A DNA stretch of 61,878 nt, the filler included, from Circinaria calcarea (taxonomy: Eukaryota), in NCBI GenBank assembly GCA_051942165.1. It is 13 parts of 13 records of this genome, joined end to end, with 100 filler letters (N's around TTAATTAATTAA, not from the genome) between each part and the next. Parts side by side here need not be neighbours in the genome. Positions count along the whole stretch, not along the records: positions 33,431 to 38,091 come from JAVECS010002231.1; positions 38,192 to 42,850 come from JAVECS010002232.1; positions 42,951 to 47,609 come from JAVECS010002233.1; 10 more parts are not named here. One strand, given 5' to 3'. This document shows positions 35,800 through 47,108 of the stretch, one piece after another. Position 1 is the first letter of the stretch; the number at the start of each line of letters is the position of its first letter. The position numbers were made by a program, and so were the translations under genes. The notes beneath the pieces are model-generated. The model saw nothing but the letters and a program-made list of their open reading frames with translations, was not told the origin of the DNA and searched no databases.

Positions 35800-37771
35800 A
35801 TGGGCTTCAGCAAGCCATCCGCTGGCTCTGTATCGAAATCACTAATCGCTCCTCCAACTCAAATCATAGAAGCTCCTCGACCCAGACGACCATCGAACTT
35901 TGGGTCTGAAGATAGCTCCCATCAGATTGATGGGCCGAGCAGACGGCGTCCTCCCTCCCTTCTCGATATCTCAGATCCTCCTACTCCCAGGAATTCTCAA
36001 ACCAGTCCAGGTTCGCCATTTCTCAGCCCTCCCCTGTCGCTTTCGGGTTATGAGAGTCCACCTTACAAGCCCGACCTTGAAGATGTTATGAGTCTTGATA
36101 CGCACAATGTATATAAGAAAACGAAGAAAACCGAGTATGGACATGGCAATCAAACGAGATTGCCTAGTCATGTTGAGCCGATTGCACCTCGATTGCACTG
36201 GATCAACGGCGTGCAGAGCGGGTGTTGTAGTCCACCATGTGAGAGTTCCGGCGACTGTCCCAGACGGAGATCTTTAGGTACTTCCACATCACCTAGTATC
36301 ATCCATGTTATCTAATTGCGCTATAGCTTTGTGTTCCTCAGAGGATGACGGTAGAGATGATACCCCCCTGATCCAGCAAAACAGTGCGTTCTCATCTGCG
36401 AAGAATTCTTACAATGTTGACGCGGAAACAATCAGAGAGGCATTAAGATCAAAGAGGAATAAGAAAGGCAGTGTGTTTGGGCCTATTATGGACACAACTC
36501 CATTGTTTGCAACAGCAGTACCCGTCTGGCATCTCGAAGTCAGAACCCATCAGTATTCATCCCCTCGAATCAACGATACCTCACCTGGTACAAAGTTTCA
36601 GGATAAAAAACGCCGAAGAAGCCAACCTTGTCGACCATCAAGTCACAGACGAAGGAAAAGACAAGTGAGCAAGAGTCATGACACCCCTGCTACCATCACG
36701 CTTCGGAAAGCGAGTACCATGACAGATCCTCCAAATGTAGATCTTACCCAGAAAATGGTGCGCAAAACGTCCAACGTTGAAGGAATTTTCACATCTGCAT
36801 TACGAGTATATCGACGTCTTTCGTCCGAGACTAAACCGGAGGATGACCCAACCGTTGACCGACCGGGACCAAAGCAGGGTCCTTTCCAAATTGTGGAAGC
36901 GCTTCCAGAACTCTTCAGTGGAAGAGCGAGTCTACAGTACCCCCCGTTCGGTCCCATGAATCCCCGCCGACGAAGTACACTTGCAGGTACGGTATTGACG
37001 ATAGCAGAGGCAAACATTTCACCGGGTACGTTTCTGTCTCCTTTTGCTTCACGACGCCACACTCTACTGGCTATTGGGCCAGAGCGGAAGGCAAGTACAG
37101 TCCTGATCCAGTCGAAAACAAGTATCCATGAGATTATTTGGAATAAAGATGACATACCAAGTCGAGGCAGCTGGAGCTCAACCAGTGGAGTGATATCTGA
37201 CAATAGCCACTCTTCCGGGACCAGTCCCGAAGACAATTCCAAGACATCTATCCCACCCAATCCACGCCGAGGATTCACAGAAGGGTTTACCGACCCATTC
37301 CGCCCATCACCTCCCGCTGTTGTTGCCAACGATATCCAAACGATCCCAGCCTTGGCAATATGTCGCCATGATTTTGAAGGGTGGTCGTGGGATGGTCGGG
37401 CGACGACGCAGGATTGGTTGGCTGAAGCTGTCGGTGATGACGACTTGACATATCCCATTTCTGCACCTACATCGGTGGAGATCAGTAAAGTCATCAGTGG
37501 GACAATGCCCTGCAACTCCAACACACCACCTGTCGAGTCATTCCTACTCGCCCTGGATAGAACATCGACTCCGGATGATCCGAGCCCACCACTCACGGTC
37601 CCTGAATTCCCCGCTGCGCGTCCTCAAAAAGCCCATCAACAAGATGACGATCCTGCCGGCGACGGTCCCTCTATCCGCAGAAGTACCGGCGAGCAATCGT
37701 CGGGACCTCTGAGGCCACCAATCGACACAGCAAGTGTATCCGAAAGAGAGCCCGAGTTTGTCAAGGGATAG
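35800..37771 (+). CDS. Hypothetical Ser/Pro-rich, likely disordered protein
   Basis: Two long ORFs joined in phase by intron 36278-36326 (gtactt...ctaat...tag); no recognisable domain. Confidence 0.55.
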
Positions 37772-37994
37772 TATAGGTGGTGGGGGAAACTTGCAGCGTG
37801 CAGCAGCGCTTCCGACTCGGCCCGCGAAAGTGCCGGGAAGGATGGAGAGAAGAAGACGACCGGGTTCCGGAGCGGGGAATTAATGGACCCGTTGGCTCGG
37901 GGCGACGGGATTGAGGGTTGGTTTTTTGGCGCGCTGAAGGGAGATGGGGAAGGGAGAGGGGAAGGGAGAGGAGAAGGGAGAGGGAAAGGATAGA

Positions 37995-38091
37995 AAAGAG
38001 AAGGAGGGAAAGAGAAGGAGGGAAAGAGAAGGAGGGAAAGAGAAGGAGGGAAAGAGAAGGAGGGAAAGAGAAGGAGGGAAAGAGAAGGAGG
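37995..38091. repeat. 14-bp purine-only tandem repeat (AAAGAGAAGGAGGG) x ~7, running into the contig end
   Basis: Read directly. Confidence 0.92.
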
Positions 38092-38312
38092 NNNNNNNNN
38101 NNNNNNNNNNNNNNNNNNNNNNNNNNNNNNNNNNNTTAATTAATTAANNNNNNNNNNNNNNNNNNNNNNNNNNNNNNNNNNNNNNNNNNNNGTTTAAGGG
38201 GGGAAATGATCCTTGATGAGAATGGTAGTGAAAAAGTGGGTTTCGTAGTTGGAGTATCTAACCCATTGCGATCCGAGGTGTCCGTCTATGATGAGGTAAG
38301 GCTCAAAAAATC

Positions 38313-39616
38313 CTATCTCAATCGCCCACCGCCGCTGCCGATGTCCTGGGCCGCCTGTACACAGAAAAAGTCAGCGCCCATGCCCCATCTAGACAACTCC
38401 CTACCCCTCAAACAATAAAGAATAAAAAGAGAACTCACCCGATAACTCCCAATCTTCTCCCACTCGATCTTCTGCCGCGTCACCGGCAACTGCCTCCTTA
38501 ACCCCTTGAACGCGCCCTCGCTCAATGCCGCAAACCCGCGGGTCAGCTCTTCCTGATACCGACGCTCCGCCAGCGCGATTTGCTTGATTATTTCCTGGGT
38601 ATCCGCTGTTGGGGAAGGGGAGAGGGAGAGAGGTTTGGTGGTCGTGAGACGCACGTTGCCGTCTTCGTAGTAGTGAACGTCGAGGTGGATTGTGCCGGTT
38701 AGGGAAGGCGAGGAGGAAGACGGGGAGAGGGTGTAGAGGTAGGTGGAGCGCCAGCGGCCGTTCCTAGGGGGAGAGGGAGAGGGTTAGTTGATGAAGGTTC
38801 TTGGGGAGGGGAGGAAGAGGTGGGGAACTTGGTGAGATCGAAAAAGGGGTTACCAGAAGTTGGCGGGAGAGTATTTGTTCGCTACTAGGATAAGGGCGAG
38901 GGTGCTGTCGTCGGAGGTGGGAAAGACGGAGAAGGTAGAGGCGGGGAAATGCTCGCGGGCGTAGGTAGAGAGAGCTTTGAGGAGGGAGGTTCTGGGCGCG
39001 TATCAGTTCTTCTGAGGGAGGAAGGCTGGGTGTGCAGGTCCTCACATGAGAGTAGTATGTTGAGACTCGAGGGTATGTGATTCCACGGCGGATGCTTTCT
39101 GTACCAAACGTCGATCAGCAATCGAAAGGGAACTTCCTGTGAGCGTTGCACATACCTGAGTGGCCTGATCAAAGGCAAACGAGCTCTTACTCTCGACATC
39201 ATAGTATCTTCCCCCTCCTAACGAATTGTAAGGGCTTACAAGCACCTGTCCTCATTCTTCAGCCGGGTCCTTTTCCCCAAGCAGACATTCCCAACCACAC
39301 GTACATTCTTCCCACTGCTTGGCAGCTTGACGGCGGTCAATTGCTCCTCATTATATTTCTGGAAAGCTGGACCGGCTGACTGAAGGAGTGTGGGTTCTTG
39401 GAGAGTCAGTGCTTTGATATCTGGGGTAGATCCTCGTGTGAGCTCCTGTTAATCGGTAATCGTGCCTGCACATCTTTACCTGTGATTACATCGGCGAGCT
39501 AGTGTCACGTCAGATATGGACATAATAATCCGTGGAGTCTCGACATGGAACCATACCTCTCCTGGGGGGGCACCTTCGACAAACGCCGAGACGGCGGCGA
39601 TATTGTCCTTTGACAT
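38313..39616 (-). CDS. CAP1: F-actin capping protein alpha subunit
   Basis: Multi-exon MSKDNIAAVSAFVEGAPPGE/LADVIT/DIKAL..YNEEQL..; ANKYSPANFW/NGRWRS; VHYYEDGNVRL; FKGLRRQLPVTRQKIEWEKI. Confidence 0.94.
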
Positions 39617-39935
39617 TGGGTTGCTAGATAAGGATTGGTTCGTCTAGCAAGGTTGGGTTTGCTTAGACTGTGTCGATAGAAGTATATGATATGAAGGTGT
39701 GGAGTACATAACTTTCGTGATGATGGAGCGGGAAAATACAAGTTCGATGCTACTTCTACGATAAAGTTTCTCTAGAAATAGTTCAATGTGCAAAGGTCTT
39801 TTGTTGAATACTTGGGAGAATATGTTAAATGCGCGCCTTTTGGGTATCTGTGAAGAGACTGCCTGCCACACCTAACCCCCCGTGCACCATATACCATCCC
39901 ATCCACTATTCCATACACCTGCAACCAATCTCATC

Positions 39936-42048
39936 TTACTCGATACTCATGTTCATTAATCCATCATTGGTATCGTTCATTCCCTGCAATCCAATCCTTT
40001 TTGGAGGCCCTAAGCTACCTGAGCCAACACTGCCGCCATTGTTAATTCTTTCTCCTGCTACATGGCCACCGGGCACCTCCCGATTCATTTTCGATTGCAT
40101 AGCCCACCAGCCAGCTTCCCTCTGGGCTGGTGAAGGCGGTAAAATAGGGCTGTTCTGGAGACTCACACCGGGGGAGACGGCTCGGCGTTTGAAACAATAA
40201 GGATCGAGATCATCGTCTCGTCGGCGTTTACCAATCTTCCGTGTAAACTCTGCCGCCATGGACGGTGGCTGAGGGGTGGAAGAGCGAGAGCGGCTGGCTT
40301 GTTGAGGCATGTGGTATTGTTGCGGAGTCGTGGACAATACAGAAGACGCCGGAGTATCCACATTCATCTCGTCGCTGATGCCGGACGAGCTACCCCTGAA
40401 TAGGCTTGCTGGTGGAGGTGTTCGCATTCTTTCGTCAAACGTGTTCCAGAAACCCGGGCCTGCAGAGTTTTTCATGACCTGATTGGAGAAGCTGCTTGAT
40501 GGACGTCGCGATCTAGAGACGTCGGTACTCATCGTTTCTTCGCCAGAAATGTCATCAAGACAATCTAATAGACCTGCGGTTGTGGGAGTAAGATTTGGTG
40601 ACGGGGCAGTAGTGGCAGGCTGAGAGCGAAGAAGATGCAATTCAATATCATTATCGCTCTCTCGTACTTGGCGGATAACTTCCGCTTCTCGCTTGACGTC
40701 TGTATCCACGGGAGAGCATTCTTCTTGTAGGGCAGCCCGTATCCGCGCAAAATTCTTCGATTTGGGCTAGATATCGTTAGTAACGAGTTGTAGGTTCACA
40801 TCGACTGTGACTCACCAGTAGACTTCCGCCTCGTCTTGTAACCGCCTTGCGAATTACGCTCCTACGCTCATCCAGAGTGGGTGTTACTGGAATGGGGATA
40901 CCGAGGGCATCGTGCGGACTTATCCGACAAGATTCACCATCTTCGCTATCGAGGCCGTCGGAGATTTGTAGCTCGTTAGTACCTAAGCTTAGGCTTTCAC
41001 GCCTTGATTCCAGGTCTTTTCTATCAATGTCTCCCGGAAAATATCCACCATTGAGGCTACTTTCGATGCTTTTCAGCAATGGAGGAGAGACTGGTCCAGG
41101 GCTGGCCATCGAGCTCCGCCCACTGACACTACTGGAAGATTTCCGACTTTTGCCATGCCTCAACCTGGCACGTTGAAAGCTCATGAGGTTTGCCGTAGAT
41201 GGCGAAAATGGGTTGCTCATGTCCATGCCCGGGCTTGAAATGGTGCCCATTGCAAAGGGGTTCCTGATTCCACTGCCGATTTGCGGAGTCCCATGAATAG
41301 TATCCTCTTCTTCAGCCGGTCCCATCAGTTCATCTCCATCAGATGATGTACTCTCGGAATCAGAATCCATCATATTCACGCTTCCGACAGAACTTGATAT
41401 ACCTGGCCTCTCCGCATTGACCATTGTAGACCAGAGTGAATTAGCTGTGCTTCCTGGCGAGTCTGGCACTCCTGATGTGCTCGAATTGCTATGTAGCCCT
41501 TTCCGTGAGGGTATCATCATTGCTCTTCCACCAATTACAGGTGACGAGTCCGGAGAGGATTGCTCCGCAAGCGTCGAATGATGTAGGTTCGTGCATGCTC
41601 TTGAGAAATCCATTCCTCGAGATCTGCGAGGGAGTACTGACGCTGCTGACCCATACGAAACCGAAGAATCGAGCTTTGGAGAAAGGGGAATGCGGCTGCC
41701 CGAGTTGGTGGATAGATTCGCAGTACTTGTACTGTTCACATCCCTCGGGGGCATTTGGAGGCTGAGGCCACGCGCGAGCGATTGGCTAGGTCTCTTAGGA
41801 GTAACTGGGTTTGGGGCGACGTAGGAATCATCTTTGGATGTCTTTGAGACTTCGAGGAAAGATGGTGAAGGCGAAAGTCTAGGCTTCAGTTCAAAGGAAG
41901 ACCATGGCCTAGGTCGCGAAGGTGATCTGGAATCTCGTGACTCCCTATCTTCGCCCAATTCCTGGACATTTCGCTCCTTCTGAAGCTGGCAAGTCAGCTG
42001 GCTGGAAATCGAACTAGGCATTGGATCTATAGGAATGACATCTGCCAT
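39936..42048 (-). CDS. Conserved hypothetical fungal Ser-rich protein
   Basis: Blocks RRSRGMDFSRACTNLHHSTL, VTRRGGSLL|PKSKNFARIRAAL, EAEVIRQVRE, FKRRAVSPG, DTNDGLMNMSIE; one intron near 40770-40815. Confidence 0.8.
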
Positions 42049-42950
42049 GATGCAGATGAGAGTCGACTTGTACTGAAAGCAACAGCTTCATCTGACGGTA
42101 TGTGTGGGCAGGAAAGATAGCTCTGACATGAAGCAGTCTCAATTGCGAGTTGGAGCAGTGCCCAGGACAACTCTCAAAAGGAATAGCGTCATTGCATGAG
42201 ATCACGTGAGTAGGCTAATTCACATACGGCTACTCCGTACGGTCGACTCTTTGAGACAGATGAAGCCAGGAGATCCAAATCAATCAATATACTACTTAAG
42301 AAGAAGATCGAAACTCATTCAACCCTAGATGGATATTGATCAAATAGGGCTACTAGTTCTATAAGCTGCATGATGGAGGTATAATCATGGTGTGACGCAG
42401 GATCTTATTAACGTCCTCTGATTCACCGAATTCACAGCACCGCAGTATCTATAAACTATAAATAGATAAACCCGTAATATATTTTTTAATCCCTTTTCGT
42501 AATAACCCGTTTAAAATAATAATTATAAGCAAACCGTAAATATAATGAGAGGGGGGGGGGAGAATAGAGGTGCACGCAGTAGATACGACTCGAGAAAACT
42601 TCCGTTCAGCTTAGGCAAAAGTAGCAAAAAAGTCTTGGCTTATACCATAACGCCGGAGAGCGGAGAGCGGAGAGCGGGAGAGGAGAAATATCTGTCCACG
42701 GCCCGGGCTATGTGATTCTTTTCTTTCTAGTTAAAGCTTTCTTATTCCGACCCCATGCATAACCGAGCAGAAGGTGAATGAGAGTGTTTTGCTACTTTAG
42801 GAAGAGACTTTGAACAATCCCATCATCTATACCCGAGGGAACCCCCGTGGNNNNNNNNNNNNNNNNNNNNNNNNNNNNNNNNNNNNNNNNNNNNTTAATT
42901 AATTAANNNNNNNNNNNNNNNNNNNNNNNNNNNNNNNNNNNNNNNNNNNN

Positions 42951-43601
42951 CAACTTCCTTCGTACAGTTTCATGCCCTCTTTGACGTCGGGTTTGGTTGG
43001 GGGTTTGGGGGCTTCGTAAGGGGCTCCGAGAGAGGAGCCGTCATAGGAGCCAATGGATAGCTTAGAGAGGTCAACGTCTTCGAGCATGCAAGCCTGGGGG
43101 GTTGTTGTTGTTAGATGGCGTGGTGGTCTCGTGCCGAAGGGGGGGGGAACTTGCGTTGATTCCCCAGGTCTCGCCGTCTGGGGCGTTTTCTCGAAGTCCC
43201 ATTACTGAGCTGCCACAGATGGGACAGAACTGCGAGTTTATTTAGTATTTTCTGCAGAGCTCGGTTGGATGAAGAGTGCATTATCTTCCCACCTTGAATG
43301 CTATCGTCTTTCCGCCAAACCTGTAGTCTTGTAGGCTTCCTTCGCCCTTTTCTACCGTGAAATGATCGTCCTTGGCGAGGAGAACCCAGAGGTAGCCATT
43401 CTATTGACAGTAAGAGTGAGTGAAAGGTACTACACCGAAGACGAGGATAGTGGGTCGGGCGAGACAAACTTTGAAGCAGAGACTGCAAGTACAGCCAGAG
43501 ACTTTCTCGAGAGGAGCAAGTTTGGCAGAGAACTTGAAGGCGCCGCAATGGCAACTGCCGTGATACTGCTTGAGCTCGGGTGTAGCTTGTTCTTCTGCCA
43601 T
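42951..43601 (-). CDS. GFA/CENP-V-like protein, probably with tandem domains; 5' fragment
   Basis: YHGSCHCGA..CTCSLCFK/NGYLW../FCPICGS..; a second domain starts (KLYEGSC) at the linker. Confidence 0.85.
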
Positions 43602-45006
43602 GTTAAAATTAATTTTTGCGATTGTTTGGACCGATGCTGAAGGGAGTACTCGCCTTTATTTATACCCGACGGAGTCCCGCTCACATTGCGGCACGATAAC
43701 ATATGCCACGGTCTCAACGAAAAAGCGCCAATTACTAATGACTCACTTCTGCAAAAGCTGCCAGCTGCCCAGCACTTGGATATCACCCATCCTTCCCCGC
43801 TATGTGCTAGCCACTAAACTGTAGCGATAGGGCACAGTGTAAGCACCATTTGTCGAAATTCACGTGGTTCTGCCCATGATTGGAGAGATGCCAACGGGCC
43901 AAGTCAATGGCCTGACCTGGCACGTCTGCTATGCCTTCGACGGAGACGTGCGGATGCAACACGAGCTCACGTGGTGTTCTATTCATTATGTCCGTGATGC
44001 GCAGGATCCAGGCTAAATTCGGCCACCTGCAGCAATATGTCAGACAACGGTCCTCCTTTTACGAGGTCGGCGTTGATTATGAAAATCTTTCCCGACGCTT
44101 GGCTGGCAAAAGCCGCCGATAGCGAGAATAGTAACCAATACAAGCCAGGGGAGATGCAACAATCAATAGAGATGGGGGATTTATACTGACGCTAAGATCA
44201 GACATGCGCTAACGAAACCATAGACGGTTGGGAGTCGTTCTTCATATCAGAAGACATGATGCTCGAAAGCGTACGATACGAGCCTCGTCCACAGCCACGG
44301 TGGCCCTCGTCGAAAGCAGGTGTAAAGGTGGATCTCATCATTGTGTTGCAGCAGACCTTGGTTAATGGTCCATCGAGGTATCCTTTGGAGCATTGTTTGC
44401 AATCCTACAGGGTTCTGCTGCACCACCTTTCCGACAGTACCTCTTTGGCTTCGTCTCCTCGTAGAATTCATTTCTAGCGTAAGTTCTCGGAGCATTACCA
44501 ACGATAGACTCTGGTTCGTGTTCGAGGTACAGTAAGAGGAAAGCAACTTTCAATTCATAGATGAGGGAATGACTAATGAACCTCTCTCCATTGTATCTGC
44601 AAATAATCTTTGTTCCCATACCACAAGTAAAATCCAATTTTTCAAAAGCCTATCGGGTTAGAGCGGGGCTGAAAGGATCCACAAGCTCCCGCTATGCGTT
44701 GCCGTAGAATACCATACCATCAGGGCCAATCACCGAGTCTCCATTATCAAATCACCCCACGTGAACTCGTGGAATGTTCCATGGTTTGCTCCACCCGGAA
44801 ATGGGGCAAATCAGTCTGGACTTGCCATAGAATAACTCCAACGGGTAGAAGCAAAAACATACACTCGAATACGTCATGCAGGTGGAGTATGTAATCTATT
44901 GAGGGGTAGTCCCTTTACTCGTTTATATGTCCGCCACATCCTTCAATTCTCGATTCACCAAGCACCTCTTAATTTCCAAACAATCTTCATCACAACCACC
45001 GCAATC

Positions 45007-46833
45007 ATGTCTGCAACAGATGTCAATCACCACAAGGACACTGCAGGTGCAGCCTCCAGGACCTATGAAGTAGATCGGAACGCCAAATCTCAGCAAACGC
45101 TCTACACCACTAGCAATGGTGTCCCCATGCCCCATCCCTACGAGACCCAGCGGGTGGGCGAGAATGGACCGTTACTGCTGCAGGACTTTCACTTAATTGA
45201 CCTCATTTCTCACTTTGATCGTGAACGCATCCCGGAGCGTGTGGTCCACGCCAAAGGCAGCGGGGCCCATGGTGTCTTTACCTGTACGAACCCTATCCCT
45301 GAAGTCTGTCAGGCCGACATTTTCAGTGAGAAGGGCAAGGAATGCCCCATCACCGTCCGATTCTCTACTGTCGGTGGTGAGTCTGGCTCACACGACTGTG
45401 CCCGAGACCCTCGAGGATTTTCCGTCAAGTTCAAGACGGACGAAGGCAACTGGGATTTGGTCGCCAACAATACACCGGTCTTCTTCCTGCGTGACCCGGC
45501 CAAGTTTCCTCTCTTCATCCACACGCAGAAGCGTCACCCGGCAACCCATCTCACTGGTGCCGATGACTCCACCATGTTTTGGGATTACCTATCGCAGAAC
45601 CCCGAATCCGTGCATCAAGTTATGATTCTCATGGGTGACCGCGGTATTCCAGACGGCTATCGCCACATGCATGGTTATATGGGACATACCTTGAAATTCG
45701 TCAATAAGAACGGCGACTGGATCTATACTCAATTACACATGAAGTGCGACCAAGACATCAAGTTCATCACCCAAGAGGATTCCACCAAGTACAGTCCTGA
45801 TTATGCGCAAAAGGACCTCTACGAGGCTATTGAGAGGGGCGATTATCCGTCCTGGACACTCAAAATGCAGACGATGACTGCCAAGCAAGCAGAGGAGCTA
45901 TGGGAGAAGCAGAAGATCAACATTTTTGATCTTACCCACGTCTGGCCTCAAAAGCAATTCCCACTCCAAGAAATCGGAAAACTCACGCTCAACGAAAACG
46001 TCAAGAACTATTTTGCGGAGATTGAGCAGGCCACTTACAATCCCGCTCACCTTGTCCCTGGCATCGAGCCTTCGGCTGATCCTGTTTTGCAAAGCCGGCT
46101 GTTCTCCTATCCCGATGCCCATCGTCACCGCGTCGGTGTCAACTACCAGCAGCTTCCTGTCAATGCACCAAGGGTCAAGTATCACATGGCCAACTTCCAA
46201 CGCGATGGTAACATGGCTTTCTACAACCAAGGTTCGCGGCCCAACTACCTGGCATCGATTGAGCCTATCAGCTTCCGCGAGCGGACTGTTAACCTAGACA
46301 AGACCCATGGTCACTTTATTGGAAACGCTGTAACCTTCCTCTCTGAGATTCGTCCCGAGGATTTCAACGCTCCTCGTGCGTTGTGGGAGAACGTCTGGGA
46401 TGAGGGCGCAAGGGAGCGTTTCATCAAGAATATCTCCGGACACATGTCCAGATGTACAGAGGAGGAAATTATCAAGCGGGAAATCGCCATCTTACGGGAA
46501 GTTTCGGATGATTTGGCCAAGAGACTGGAAAAGGCTACGGGAATCAAGGGGTATGATGGGATCGCCAATCTACGTTTCAACGGTACCCACAACGGCATGG
46601 CCGCTAAGGAAGAATTGCGCTCTGCAAATGGAATGAGCGGCAAAGTGAGCTTCAGCGGCGATCATGCAAACGGTGCTCCGGTCAAAGGAACCCACGGTGA
46701 AGATATGAAGCATGGGACGGCGGGAGCAAAGGGTGACGATGGTACGAAGGTGACGAACGGATCGGCGGGGACTAACGGTGATCATGGTGCAAAGTTGACG
46801 GTCGGCCATGGTACCAATGGGACAAAGGCTTGA
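45007..46833 (+). CDS. Monofunctional heme catalase (small-subunit type), intronless
   Basis: FDRERIPERVVHAKGSG, RFSTVGGE, RDPRGF, NNTPVFF, proximal heme ligand RLFSYPDAH; ATG at 45007. Confidence 0.96.
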   Translation: MSATDVNHHKDTAGAASRTYEVDRNAKSQQTLYTTSNGVPMPHPYETQRVGENGPLLLQDFHLIDLISHFDRERIPERVVHAKGSGAHGVFTCTNPIPEVCQADIFSEKGKECPITVRFSTVGGESGSHDCARDPRGFSVKFKTDEGNWDLVANNTPVFFLRDPAKFPLFIHTQKRHPATHLTGADDSTMFWDYLSQNPESVHQVMILMGDRGIPDGYRHMHGYMGHTLKFVNKNGDWIYTQLHMKCDQDIKFITQEDSTKYSPDYAQKDLYEAIERGDYPSWTLKMQTMTAKQAEELWEKQKINIFDLTHVWPQKQFPLQEIGKLTLNENVKNYFAEIEQATYNPAHLVPGIEPSADPVLQSRLFSYPDAHRHRVGVNYQQLPVNAPRVKYHMANFQRDGNMAFYNQGSRPNYLASIEPISFRERTVNLDKTHGHFIGNAVTFLSEIRPEDFNAPRALWENVWDEGARERFIKNISGHMSRCTEEEIIKREIAILREVSDDLAKRLEKATGIKGYDGIANLRFNGTHNGMAAKEELRSANGMSGKVSFSGDHANGAPVKGTHGEDMKHGTAGAKGDDGTKVTNGSAGTNGDHGAKLTVGHGTNGTKA

Positions 46834-47000
46834 GGTGGGGAGGATTCGATGGACTCTTTTGAAGTGATGGAAACTGCAGGTGATCAGAATGTTTTTTGGT
46901 GTATATATTAATCATTCGAGCCTTTCCAAGTGACTTGATTGCGTAATTGAATGAGTGAGTAGAGTGAGTGATGTTACGAAACGTTGCTCGGTTACTTTAC

Positions 47001-47108
47001 GGCACTGGCACTGGCACTGGCACTGGCACTAACACTGGTACTGGCACTGGCACTGGCACTGGCACTGGCACTGGCACTGGCACTGGCACTGGTACTCGTA
47101 CTCGTACT
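47001..47108. repeat. Hexanucleotide microsatellite (GGCACT)n with variant units
   Basis: ~18 units including aacact/ggtact/cgtact variants, downstream of the catalase. Confidence 0.93.

Noticed and set aside
36676..37596. 306-aa antisense ORF (and similar shadow ORFs over catalase, kelch, REG1 and DLD1)
   Set aside because: These are antisense or alternate-frame shadows of genes on the other strand, with no independent motifs.
37918..38147. Charged R/E/K-rich ORFs
   Set aside because: They are translations of the purine minisatellite running into the linker.
44247..44637. Short ORFs between the GFA gene and catalase
   Set aside because: No recognisable domain, splice structure or codon bias; treated as promoter DNA.
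46831..46840. Cryptic peroxisomal targeting of catalase by stop-codon read-through
   Set aside because: The stop context is TGA GGT, not the TGA CTA read-through motif.
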